Positions 38,935 to 49,735 of a DNA stretch of 64,000 nt are shown here, in pieces. This DNA comes from Camelus ferus (lineage: Eukaryota), in assembly GCF_009834535.1 (NCBI RefSeq), contig NC_045702.1, positions 74,152,001 through 74,216,000 of the forward strand, given 5' to 3'. Position 1 is the first letter of the stretch. Each line of letters opens with the position of its first letter. The position numbers were made by a program, and so were the translations under genes. Below the pieces are notes generated by a model. That model searched no databases and was not told the DNA's origin. It was given only the letters and a program-made list of their open reading frames with translations.

Positions 38935-39472
38935 CTATGGTTGGAAACAATTTCAATAGGATAAAAAAAAAGTCATGCAAGTCAAAATCTTCCTAATTAG
39001 AGCACTATTTTTCCCCCTTCATAAAGACACCTTGCTTTCATAGTTGCCAAGATAAGTCTAGAAAGTCTCTAGAGCTGGACTAAGTCAAGACTTCCCCTGC
39101 CCCAACCCCCCCAGAGAGCTGGGACAGTCCTCCTCCCCTTGGGAGGGAACGGCTCTCTCAGCTCCATGTATCTTCCGCTGCCGTTCCTCCAATATGCTCC
39201 CATCGGGAAGACGAATTAGTCCGTTCAAGATGCCCACACTTCTCCTGTGGGCTGTGCGACAACAGCGAGTATCTTAAAACCACTCAGGTGTGGTTCCTTT
39301 TGACAAGGCTCTACCGTCAAGCTTAGGCTTTGTGACTAGATTACAATGAAAGGACTGTAGTAGTGACTAGCATAATGAGGCTAAATCTGCGTAACTTGAA
39401 ACAGTACCACAGATGCCTGTGACACTGGTCAACAAGGGGCGGATAGGTGCTATTTTAAGAAAGGACGTTTAC

Positions 39473-39602
39473 CGCATCCATTTTTTTGATCATTTCTTCT
39501 TCGGTCATATCCTTTCCTGGAAGGAAGCGCGTTCTGTTCTTACCCTCAGGATTTATAAACTGTTTCTCCAGGTCTTTTATTCTGTCTGTACACTGTGAAA
39601 AA
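39473..39602 (-). CDS. CCDC146: CCDC146 exon (~16), (F)[19 protein letters not shown]...MIKKMDA; one extra T after the acceptor
   Basis: aatag|TTTTTCACAG...GCG|gtaaac; 130 nt instead of 129; an alternative in-frame acceptor gives exon start 39592. Confidence 0.88.
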
Positions 39603-41599
39603 CTATTAAACAAGAAAAAAACATTAACTTTGCTCAGGAAATCTTAAAGTCACGTAGCACAGGGCCTTTAGGGTCTTTCCAGGCAAAGGTGGAAGGGAAT
39701 TCTTAAGACCCCATCAGCTGGGACTTGTGGTTAAGCAATGATTCTGCTCACTCATGGTACCGTGAGGAAGATGCCTGTAACTGACCCTGCGAGGCAAGGC
39801 AATGACTTCTGGGTCATCAAAGAAAAAGCTGATTTTACACCCAGTCCTTTGATTACTTCCCAGTTTGTGTTGTGCTCATGGGATGCTGTGTGGTTGCAGA
39901 GCTCTGACTGTACAGATGTGACCTCTTCACTGCACACTATTACACGGGCCAAGGTAGACAACATACAAGGTACACGATGTACTAGACTCCAGTTTAACAT
40001 CCTTTGCTGCAGTAGTTTTAGTGGCTTCCCAAAGAACAATAAAGTTCTTAATTACTAGTTCAACACAGTGTACAGTCTGTGAGGAATAGCCTGAACTGTT
40101 TGTACCTTTTTTGCTAAACACCCAATGTAATGGTTTATATATCAACTGTATTTGCTAATGCAATGAAACTTTGGAGGTGGATGAAGAAATACAGAAACTC
40201 CCAAGTAAAAGTGGCAGCCACACTCAGTTGTTTTATAGGGAGAGATGCAGAACACACTGAAAACCGAGAGTCATCATTTTCAGCTTTTCTACTGAAAATC
40301 TGTATAATCTCAGGCAAATCATTTATCTTCTCTAAACCTTAGTTTCCCCAACTATCAAATGGGAAAATAGGTCCCAATCTCATAGGGTTGACCCTTTAAA
40401 TGAAATAATATATTTAAAGTACTTTACAGTGTGTCCAAGAGGGATACAGGGAGGATTTAAACTTTTAAAATGTATGGTCCTCCTCCCAATAAAAAGAATT
40501 TCAAGTGGTGACAAGAGTAATTATTTTCTTCCTTTCTCTCCACACTTAATTGTCCTTAATATGGAGTTAAAATATCCATGTATGTGTCATTGAGCGTGTA
40601 TTGTATTTATTATTAACATTTAATGTCTCCTTTTGTTAACTAGGAAATTAAGAAGCAAAAATATGGTGCTTCTTATCAAAGTGGTGCATTGATTGATCTC
40701 ATTTTCCCATGGGCCTTAGAGGAAAAACTGTTTCCTTTTTCTGTATAACATAGTGTTATTGTGTCTGAAAAGAGTTCACGTGACTTCCAAGATCCCTAAA
40801 AAGGAGCTATTATTACAAGTAAAATATTGCAGGAAAATATGACTCATGATAATCCTTGGATTAGCCTGCTGGACGATTAGAAACTGTTTCAAGCCACTGA
40901 AAAAATGCAAACCTTAAGAGAATCCTGAAAATGATACAAAAAGGGGAAGCTTGGGGAAAACACACACACACACAACACTGCAGCTATAACAAATAACAGG
41001 ATATGACAGGGATCCGGCTGCATGACAGGGCACAAACATGGCTTGTCCAACACTTGACATTTCACATCATGTCCTTCAAAGGGCCCACGTGATTAGTGCG
41101 GAGTAGACAATTAAATAAATGGGTGCAGTTTGAAGAATAATAGGAAACTTTCTATTCAACTGTTCTCAAGCTTAGAACTAACACTGGTAGAACAGGTAAC
41201 TGACGACAGTCCCTGTGTTGAGTCACATGCAGTCAGAATGTAAAGGCTCCCACCAGGCAGGATGTACGATCACTGATGCATAGCAGTTTCCTCTTAGGTG
41301 GAATGAATTCATATTTCATACATAACTGGTTTTACATAATGAAATGCCAAGTGTATAGATGTACATTTTTTAGGAAGAACTAATTTAATCTATTGAATAG
41401 AAGTACTAATTTGCAATTAACACAAGTAAAATGCTTCCATAATACAGAGTGAATTTTTCTGTTGTGGTTCATACTGAATTTAAAGTCCTCTGGTTCTGTT
41501 GGGCATCCTGATGGTTTAGCATGGACAAAGATGGCCCTGAAAGTGTGTTTCGGGAAAGACCTGGAGAGAGGTGAATTCTTCTGTAAAATAGAGTGAGAC

Positions 41600-42075
41600 A
41601 AGTGTGGGGTGCCTGGCGGGCAATCAGGGATGGTGAGGCGGTGGAAGGGGGATGAGGGGGTGAGAGAGAGAGACTAGCCGGTGAAATGGAGCTAGGGTAG
41701 GATGCTGCCTGGGGTAATACACCGGCGGGGGACTGTTCCCAGTGGTGGGGGTAGCCTGCAGAACTCTGAAGGCGTACCTGTCTGATATTTAATTTGAAAT
41801 TCTTTGTATTTCTTTAATGTACCCCCTCACACTGGTGCCCCAGTTCTCCAATAAAGTCAGTTCACAAACAAAGGCCTTGTGTGAATGGTCTCACGTGGCT
41901 GTAGATGGAAGGAGGAGCCAGTCCTGAATCTGGGCCAGAAGTGGACCAGGCACCATGTGCACAAGCTGACCAGTGGATCCCTCGAATGAACCACTCGTTG
42001 GAAGCAGGAGTCAGAGCCGCAGGAATGCTGGGGAGGCTCCGTGGGAGACCTGGGGAAGGCCTAGGGGACATTCCA
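41600..42075 (+). mobile_element. Old ERVL-type LTR remnant
   Basis: aataaagtcagttcacaaac...ggccttgtgtgaatggtctc resembles LTR U3/R region; family uncertain. Confidence 0.4.
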
Positions 42076-43083
42076 GCCAATCCACCTAACTGAGGGCTAC
42101 ACTTACTGAAGAAGTGACTGGAAGAGCTTATGGCTAAAAAGCACACACTGGAATCAAAACCTTGGCTTATTTCTACAAAATGAAAGATCCTATCACCTAT
42201 ACGGCATATATACAATCAAATGGCATAAATTAGGAAAGTAGACCCATCATCCAGTTCCATAAAGCCCTGTGAATCCCTGTGATTAAGTTAAAAAAAAAAA
42301 AAAAAGGCATAACCCAAAACTGCCTGTAGTATAAGCTAATGAAAACCATTTACTTGTATAACTAGAAAAAGACCAGAAGGATTTTTCCCAGACTTTTTAT
42401 ATTAATAGAGATTATAGTTTGGGGATAGAGTTTTATTTTCTTTTTTAACATTTCTGTATTTTTCAAAACTTCATTAACAGAGCATGTCTTAATTTTATAA
42501 TCAGAAAAAAAATCTGAAAGCAAACCTGACATTTAGGAAACACGTTACAGGTTAAGATGTGGTTCTGCTACATTGAGTCGATGGAAAAAAGTTTAGGGCC
42601 ACAAATTTTTAGTTTAACTTCTATTTTCATTAAGAAAAAAGTGCAATTATTACATGTAAAAAGTCATTTTATATTCATAGTTGTATTTATTTGCTATTTT
42701 ATGGCTTTGTCCCACTTTTAAAAAGGCCATGTTAGAGGCCAAGTTATTAAATTATAGAGAAACTAAAGGGTTAATAAGGAGTCTAATTATATGCAATTGC
42801 CAGTTAACAACAAGCAACAATCTTGGCTCTAGAGGTCAAGAGTTCCAGAATTAAGAGAGCTAGATGGTCTGTAAGATCTTTCCAGCAAGCATTAAAAACG
42901 TGCTTGCAGAGTGAAAGCCTGGATTACTGAAGTTTTGAGCAAAGCTGAGCTAGAGTTGACAATTGAGAGGGTCTAAATTCCAAGAAAGGCAGAAAGTACT
43001 TCACAGTGAAAAAAGACAACCTATAGCCCAGTTGCCTGAAGCACAGATTCTGCCCTGGGGCAGTCAGTGCTCAAAGGCATTTT

Positions 43084-43208
43084 TATTTTTATTTTTGGAG
43101 GGGGAGATAATTCGGTTTATTTATTTATTTTAAGGGAGGTACTGGGGGTTGAACCCAGGACCTCGTGCATGCTAGGCATACACTCTGCCACCGAGCTATA
43201 CCCTCCCC
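43084..43208 (-). mobile_element. Camelid tRNA-derived SINE (Vic-1-like) with perfect 14-bp TSD
   Basis: Minus: GGGGAGGGTATAGCTCGGTGGCAGAGTG (A box)...GGGTTCAACCCC (B box)...AATAAATAAA tail; CTCAAAGGCATTTT at 43070-43083 and 43209-43222. Confidence 0.92.
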
Positions 43209-43381
43209 CTCAAAGGCATTTTCAGACAAGACATTTAACTCAAGAGTTCTCGTAGGTACCAGAAGTAGCATGGCTTGATTTACATGTAAGCACTTACATG
43301 ACCTACAAACCAATGAAGGAGAAAAAAAAAAAACAAAAAAACAAATGCTCCAAGGAAGTATGTCATGAACGCTTCTCCCAC

Positions 43382-43611
43382 CTGAATCTGGAGCACTGCC
43401 AGATTCGGCATCCAGGGACCTCTTGACTGGCAGTAGTTTCTGGGTCACGTGAATCTGTCTTTGCTTCTCGGCAATCTTCAGTTTCAGGAAGCGGATCTTT
43501 TCCTCCAAGACGTTTTTTTCAATTTCTCCATTTAGCTTCATCTTCTCTTGGATATTTATTTTTTCATAAAAAAGGCAAACTTCTTGTCCCCGCTCTACCA
43601 CCTGAATACCA
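43382..43611 (-). CDS. CCDC146: CCDC146 exon (~15), [23 protein letters not shown]...; +1 frameshift near its 3' end
   Basis: ctgtag|T GGT...CAG|gtggga; 230 nt instead of 229; GATGCCGAATCTG where GATGCCGATCTG would give DADLAVLQIQ. Confidence 0.9.
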
Positions 43612-45173
43612 CTACAGTCAAAACGAGAGGCAGAAGCTAAGAGGATGCTGAAGCCACTGGTTTACTAGTCATCGTGGTTCCTTCTGGATTTGGGTGCAAA
43701 ACACACATCAACATTGCATGATTCCAGAAGACAACAGATATTCACAGTTGGCTTTCCAGTCAAACTCCACATATTGAATTTTTCTGGGCATGGGTAAGGG
43801 AGGGTTTTTCAGTGTCTTGACACAGCTGACCATGTTGTTGGCTGGCCACGTTATCTCTGCAAGTCCTAGAGGTTCTTCCCAGGATGGGAATGTCATTCCC
43901 CAGGCATGAACAGCGTGACCCCATAGTCTGATTTTCTGCAGATACTTTTCATGGGCCAGACTTGCCAACCAAGTTCTGGCCAGAAGTACCCAGGCAGGGG
44001 GCCAGGGAATGTGCTTCTGCAGCTATTCTGTTCTATCTCATGGCCAGGGCCATTAGGCTCATTTAAAGTTAAATACTTATGATGCACATTTCCCCATTAA
44101 CAGGCAAAATCCTGCCCTTTGTAATCACCCCAGGGGGAAGACTCCTTTTGGTGAGGACACTATGGGGAAGAAACAAAGTAAAAATCTTCTAATTCCAGCC
44201 CCACAGATCAGACCAGGGCCTGGGAACACACTGCCTAAACCCTTTGGTTAGTGCCAGAAGCCAAAGAGAGGAGTTTTTTTTTTTCTCTTCCAAAGGGAAC
44301 AGTTGCTGGCCCTTTGAAAGAATGGTGTTCGTCATGACCCTGAAGTTCTCCCCACACCCTGCACATATCTGTTACCCCAGAGCTCATTTTTGATTGCTTC
44401 TATCTTTTTCTCTCTCTGTCCTCCCTCGAAACGTGTGCTCAGGGTTGTATTTGGTTAATCTTAGCTCTGTGTTCTGTCTCATTTGCTAGGCTCATCGCAT
44501 GAGCTTCTCCATTCTCTTGACGACAGAAGCCAGGAGCAATGCTTTAACCACCTCTTTGTACTTTCAGGACCCAGCACTTAACGCAGAACACAGACTTACA
44601 CGGAACAGCACACAATCAAGGTCTGATGCAAAAAAATCTGATACCGGATGTAATTACTCCAGGGCTCTGTGATCTCACATGCCAGATTTCTCAGAGCACA
44701 AGCAACTTGGGAAAACCTGTTCAGTAGTAATCGATTAATAATATAATTATAGCTGGGAGAAATAATGCTATTCTTGAAGGTCTTATGCACTTGCTGAGAA
44801 AATGAACTGGGTGAATGACTTATAAATATCATAAGATCAAATCTGTCCCCAAAGTGGATACAAGATCCAAAGACTTATTTATGACAATTATACAGAAATA
44901 ATTTGATGCTATCCTGAAACTGAATGGTAGCCTCAGGAAGAACTTTGATATTAAAGTGAGCAACTTCCCAAACCCTACTCTTGCCCGATTCTCTTATGAG
45001 GACACTTTCTTATTTTCAGGCAAAACATACCACTCCCTCTCCAGCAAAGGCTAATGAAACCTGAGTATCAAACACCCCTCACTACCCACTGTCAAGTCTA
45101 GACAGGAAAACGGGCAACATTTCTGAATAGGATCCCTGGGTGCTTTGTTCTCACATCAGATTCCTGGTTTTAC

Positions 45174-45398
45174 CTTTCATTTCGTTGCAGAATGGCCTTT
45201 TCATATTTTTTGCGAATCTGTACCATCTCCTCTTCAATCATTGTGATCATATTGGCAAGTCTGTCATTTTTACTCAGCTGGGCTTCCTTCTTCTCCTTCA
45301 TTTCCTGAAGTTTTGCTGCAATTTTGCACACATCGTTTTGCATGCTCTCCCTGATGGTAACATTGTTGGCATGTTTCAGCATAGAATTTTGTAGCTTT
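45174..45398 (-). CDS. CCDC146: CCDC146 exon (~14), [22 protein letters not shown]...QRNE
   Basis: tttaaag|A AAG...GAA AG|gtaaaa; 225 nt. Confidence 0.96.
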
Positions 45399-46720
45399 CT
45401 TTAAAAATAATGGGGAAACGGGTAAGATTGTGATTTCCTTTAGTTTCTTTAAAAATAATGAAGACTTCTGAAACACGAGCAGTATTAAAGTAGCTCTTGC
45501 TTTATTTAATATGTCCCTTGAAATGATAATAGTAGTAGTAAAAATGATATTAATCGTGTGATACAGGCATTTCTGTAATCTGCCAGGTCTCCGATTCCCC
45601 CTAATCTCGATTAGGACATCTTTCCTTTGTGTCTCTGCTGCCCCATTTTATCAAAGCAAGAGAGTATGGTAATTCATTTACTGCTCTGTTGTCCCCAGGA
45701 GATGCTGCTCTCTTGAGGACACAGGTGATTATATCTGACTGTCCACGGGGCCTAAGGTGATGCCTCACTCAGTGTAGCATCACAATAAATGCTGGATGGT
45801 TGCGTGGCCTCTGTAAGTGATATTTTACTTTTATGTAGGATAAGAACCTGATTAGGAAATTTGATTTGCCTTTTTATATCAATCCCCTCCCTCCTCTACC
45901 CCCACCCTACCTGCCTTCACTACCCCACACACAAAGCTCATTTGTAATATCTTTATAAAAGGAGACTGGGCAGTCAAGGCCACCAGAGGAAGTTCAGGTT
46001 GTAGAGACTGTGGATCAGGAATGTGGGGAGAAGAGCCCACCAGGTCTTGGCACGGGGTAAATAATAAATTTAAAAAAAAATTGCCAGATACTTTGGGCTA
46101 TTTTTACATGGTTTAATTCATTTAATATAAAAAGTCCTTATAAAATTATAGCTATTTCTAGGGGTAAAAAAAAGTTAGGCCAGGGACGTAGAGCAGCTTG
46201 CCCAAGGTCACACAGCAAGTAAGTGGCAGGGTTGGGATTTGAGTGTAGAAAGCCACTTGTTTTTTTTTTTTTTTTTTAATGATTTTTATTTAACTCTACA
46301 TTTTACTCCATCCCTCTTTATCCTTTAGGAAGCACATACTTCCTTCTCTTCCCAAGTATTATGATTCTATAGCTTCTTTTATAGTAACATCCACGCTTTG
46401 ATTTTGTTACAGTTATACACGTAAACTGATGGAAAACGCATCAATCTATCACAGTGTTCTTAAAGGAGAAAGCCACTCTGAACCACTCTGCCCACAAGCA
46501 CATTAGCTGCTATACGTCTACGGCCACGGGATGCTGATTAATAAACATTTCATTGCCTTCTCGCTTTCAGTGCAAGCCTGCAAAGCAAGGTGTGTGAGCA
46601 AGGGCTTTTCTATCTTTGTAAAAGACTGTTATTTTCTATTTCATCATCCCCAGGGTATTTTATCATTCAGTGACTCAGAAGAGAAAGCTTTGAAAGGACA
46701 GTAGTTATTATAACGCTTAC

Positions 46721-46885
46721 CTTTCTTGAGTAACTGCACTATTTCTTAAAGTTTCCAGTTCATTTAATGACATTTTATGCCTTTCTTTTATTTCATTGAC
46801 TTTCTGGTGAGCTTTGTGAAGTAAGTTAATAAATTTGTTTCTCTCGTTTCGAATAGTGTCATACAGCTTGGCAAACTCTCTGAGT
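46721..46885 (-). CDS. CCDC146: CCDC146 exon (~13), [18 protein letters not shown]...AVTQE
   Basis: tcacag|A CTC...GAA AG|gtaagc; 165 nt. Confidence 0.96.
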
Positions 46886-46969
46886 CTGTGAAAATACAAG
46901 TGTTTTTTGAAGCATGTGAAGTATCTGTTACTTCCCCCTAACTAGGTAAATCCTCACGTGATTCTTTAC

Positions 46970-47058
46970 CTCCTATGAATTTCACGTTTTTTCTTCCTGT
47001 GTATCCTGATTTCAAGATCCTTGGCTTTGATCTCCTTAACAATGTTGGTATATTTTTG
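46970..47058 (-). CDS. CCDC146: CCDC146 exon (~12), [29 protein letters not shown]
   Basis: tttcag|CAA...AGG AG|gtaaag; 89 nt. Confidence 0.95.
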
Positions 47059-48597
47059 CTGAAATATAAAAATTACGTGTGAAATTAAAAAACAGAGCCC
47101 ACCAATGGCAACATATGGATACTTCCAGGCTCACCTCGTTCCTGGCAATCAAGTCAATCTCGGCCAGCTGGGTTGTGAAGCGCGCGGAGGGGCGGGGAGG
47201 AGCCGAAAACTGCCTGACCAGCCGACCTGAATCACACTGACTAGGACCAAAGGTTACTTAAAGAAGAGAAAGAGCAAGAGAGGAGGCACAGGAAGGAGCC
47301 TGCCCAGGGTGGCTGAGGAAAACTTGAGGGAACTTCTGAGGAGCCGAGCCATGACTGTGGCGGCTGGGCTGGGTGAGCGAGAGATTTGTGGCGGATAGAT
47401 GAGGGACGGGGGTGGTAGTCTAGTTTTCATAAATGTTATGAACTGACGCCTCTGTGGCATTTTGTGAGAGACTGAAGCCGTGCTTTTTAAAACGCTTTTC
47501 CATTCTTTTGTGTGGTGGGTGTGTTTTCCTACCACACAATGAAGTGCCGGGCTGAGAGACCAGCCACGGGGAGACGTTACGCAGGTTACACACGAATATT
47601 TAAAAAAGATAGCAGTTATATTTCTGAAGTCCTCAAAATATACCAAGTGCTAAAGACACTAGTTATGTTCTTAAATACAGAGACACTGGGTCCTTCATCC
47701 AGGGTGAGAAACGTATTCAAAGGTGAAGTACAGTATTTTGTTAGTAGAAACCGGAGGAAATCGTTTCTGTCGGCCTTTTCATGAGAGCAAAACTCACACT
47801 GCATGAGCGATTCAAAAGAACCTAGGCCTCAGGGCCAAGGTTGACTGTAGCAATTTTATGTTGTTCTCGGTGAGAAGAGGAGTTGGGAAGAAACTGATAT
47901 TATATAGGTAACTATGTGTATGAAGAATTAAAGAGACAGAAAAATATCTCGTCCATCCTGGGGGTGATAGCAACATTGATTTTTTTCCTCCTTCACTTTT
48001 TGTCTTTCCTTGGAGATGTAGATGAGAGGTGAAAATAAGTAAGACTGACAACAGAAACTATAGTTTGTTAAAGCTAATGTTTAACAGACGGTTCCCAAGG
48101 CTAAAAATACTTAAGGACAATATTTTTCATTTATCGACTTCCGTATTTCAAGAGAAAAAACTTTGAGATCAATTAAAGAACTGAATTAGCTCATTTAATA
48201 ATGAGGTTTGGCTAATGCAGATGAGCCACACAGAGATACACATGTATCAGTGTTTTAGGTTAATTTAAAGATAAAACAGGGCCATGTTCCTTGTAATAAG
48301 CCCTCTGCCCTTCCCTCTCCTCGTTTTGCTCCTGTTCCCTCAGGCCACCCTCATTCTCTGTTCCTCCTTGGCTACTGTCTTTCCTTTATTTACTGGAACC
48401 CAGCTACCCCATGAACTCTACTGGGCTTTGCGGCAGTTTCTGGGACCAGGGTCCAAACTGCTCAACAGGGATAAAGTGAACTTGACCACCTGACCTGTCC
48501 TGCGCTCTGGCTCACTATTTGACATGCTTTCCCCCATCTTCCAATGCCTCAACCACGCTAAACTTCTTTTAGATTTTGTGGAGGGGGGGTATTTTTG

Positions 48598-48984
48598 GGA
48601 AGGTTTGCAGGAGGGGCTTTAATTGCCAAGAACCCAATTAGAAGTCGGAGGTGCTGGTCAAGGGAAGGGAGCAGCCAGCCCGGGAGAGGCCGGGTGGGAG
48701 GAGTGCCCTTCGGCGCACTGGGCCGGGTGCGGTGCTGGACGAGTACTTTCGCTCGCTGGAGTGTCCGGCATCGTGGCACGTGCCAAAGTTGGTGTTAGTT
48801 ATGGAGCCCACGGTGGTCTTGTCCCCCTCACAGGTCAGGCCCCGCTCACAGGGACACGTGGAGTAAACCCCACGGAGCGGCCAGGCGGAGCCCTCGCCAT
48901 CCTCCCGGGCCTTGGGGCGCAGCGGGTCAGGCTCAGGCCGCCGTCACGGTGGCAGCAGTTGCTCTTGCACTGGGCACTGTTCAC
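48598..48984 (-). pseudogene. CLPS: Processed pseudogene of pancreatic colipase (CLPS), 5'-truncated
   Basis: VNSAQCKSNCCHRDGGLSLTRCAP/(1-nt deletion)/EDGEGSAWPLRGVYSTCPCERGLTCEGDKTTVGSITNTNFGTCHDAG; no intron at the recalled exon 2/3 junction; 3'UTR with ATTAAA (48618-48623) followed by gcccctcctgcaaaccttccc and AAAAA. Confidence 0.92.
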
Positions 48985-49023
48985 TGTTCCCCCCCTCCCC
49001 CCCCCACCAAGTGAAACCACGGT

Positions 49024-49735
49024 TTTTTTTGAGGCATAAGAGCGCATGTGTTTCTGTTACATAGGATGAGGATAACTTGAGGGTCCTGGTTTCTAAGTTA
49101 AGACTTTATGTTAGACACAGCTTCACTCATGGCTGCTTCTTGGGATACGAATTACAAAGGGAGCAAGACATGGCCGGGAAAGAAAATCATTACTGTTGCT
49201 GGGAAGTCGTAAAGAAAGGGAAGATCTTATTCAAATCATTGTGCACGTAACAGAGCCATGAGAACAGGAAGAGAGCGGTGTGGGAAGGACGGCCTAAGTT
49301 CCTGGTGTTGGCAGTGATGCTGGCCTCTCCTCCCACGGCAAGGACTTGCCCCTAAATGAAGGCAGTAGGGTCGATTTGGCAGTTCTGGCAGCAGTAACAA
49401 CTCCGAGCGTCCCAACCCCATTCCCAACCCCAGCTCCATCCCCCACTTTGACCTGAAGAACTCAGAGAAGAAGGGCAGGGTCTCTTGTCACGGACCCTGC
49501 TACTTGCTCAGTGAAGCTAGCCCAGTTTATGTTATGTTTTGAAAGGCCAGCACACTCGTGGGTGCTCAGGATGATGTGAAACTTATGGTACACATTAAAC
49601 CCTTCAGGATGGGGTCCGATTTCTCAGCCTGCAGGGGCATTTCTGTCATGAAGCCAAAAGCCCTATTGAAGTCTTTGAAATGGAACTGCTTGAAGATGGC
49701 ATCCTGGCCTTCCAGCTCATTCCACCCCCATCACA
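49024..49735 (-). pseudogene. PCBD1: Processed pseudogene of PCBD1 (pterin-4-alpha-carbinolamine dehydratase/DCoH), 5'-truncated, with 3'UTR and A8 tail
   Basis: Minus strand reads [35 protein letters not shown]/(fs)[35 protein letters not shown]; contiguous across recalled intron positions FNR|AFG and YNK|VHI; downstream resembles the PCBD1 3'UTR (gaccctgccctt..., ttagaaaccaggaccc). Confidence 0.92.

Noticed and set aside
43084-43208. tRNA-like sequence
   Set aside because: Has an A-rich tail and a 14-bp TSD and lacks a full cloverleaf, so it is a SINE and not a tRNA gene.
48623-49039. 138-aa plus-strand ORF
   Set aside because: Antisense shadow of the GC-rich CLPS retrocopy.
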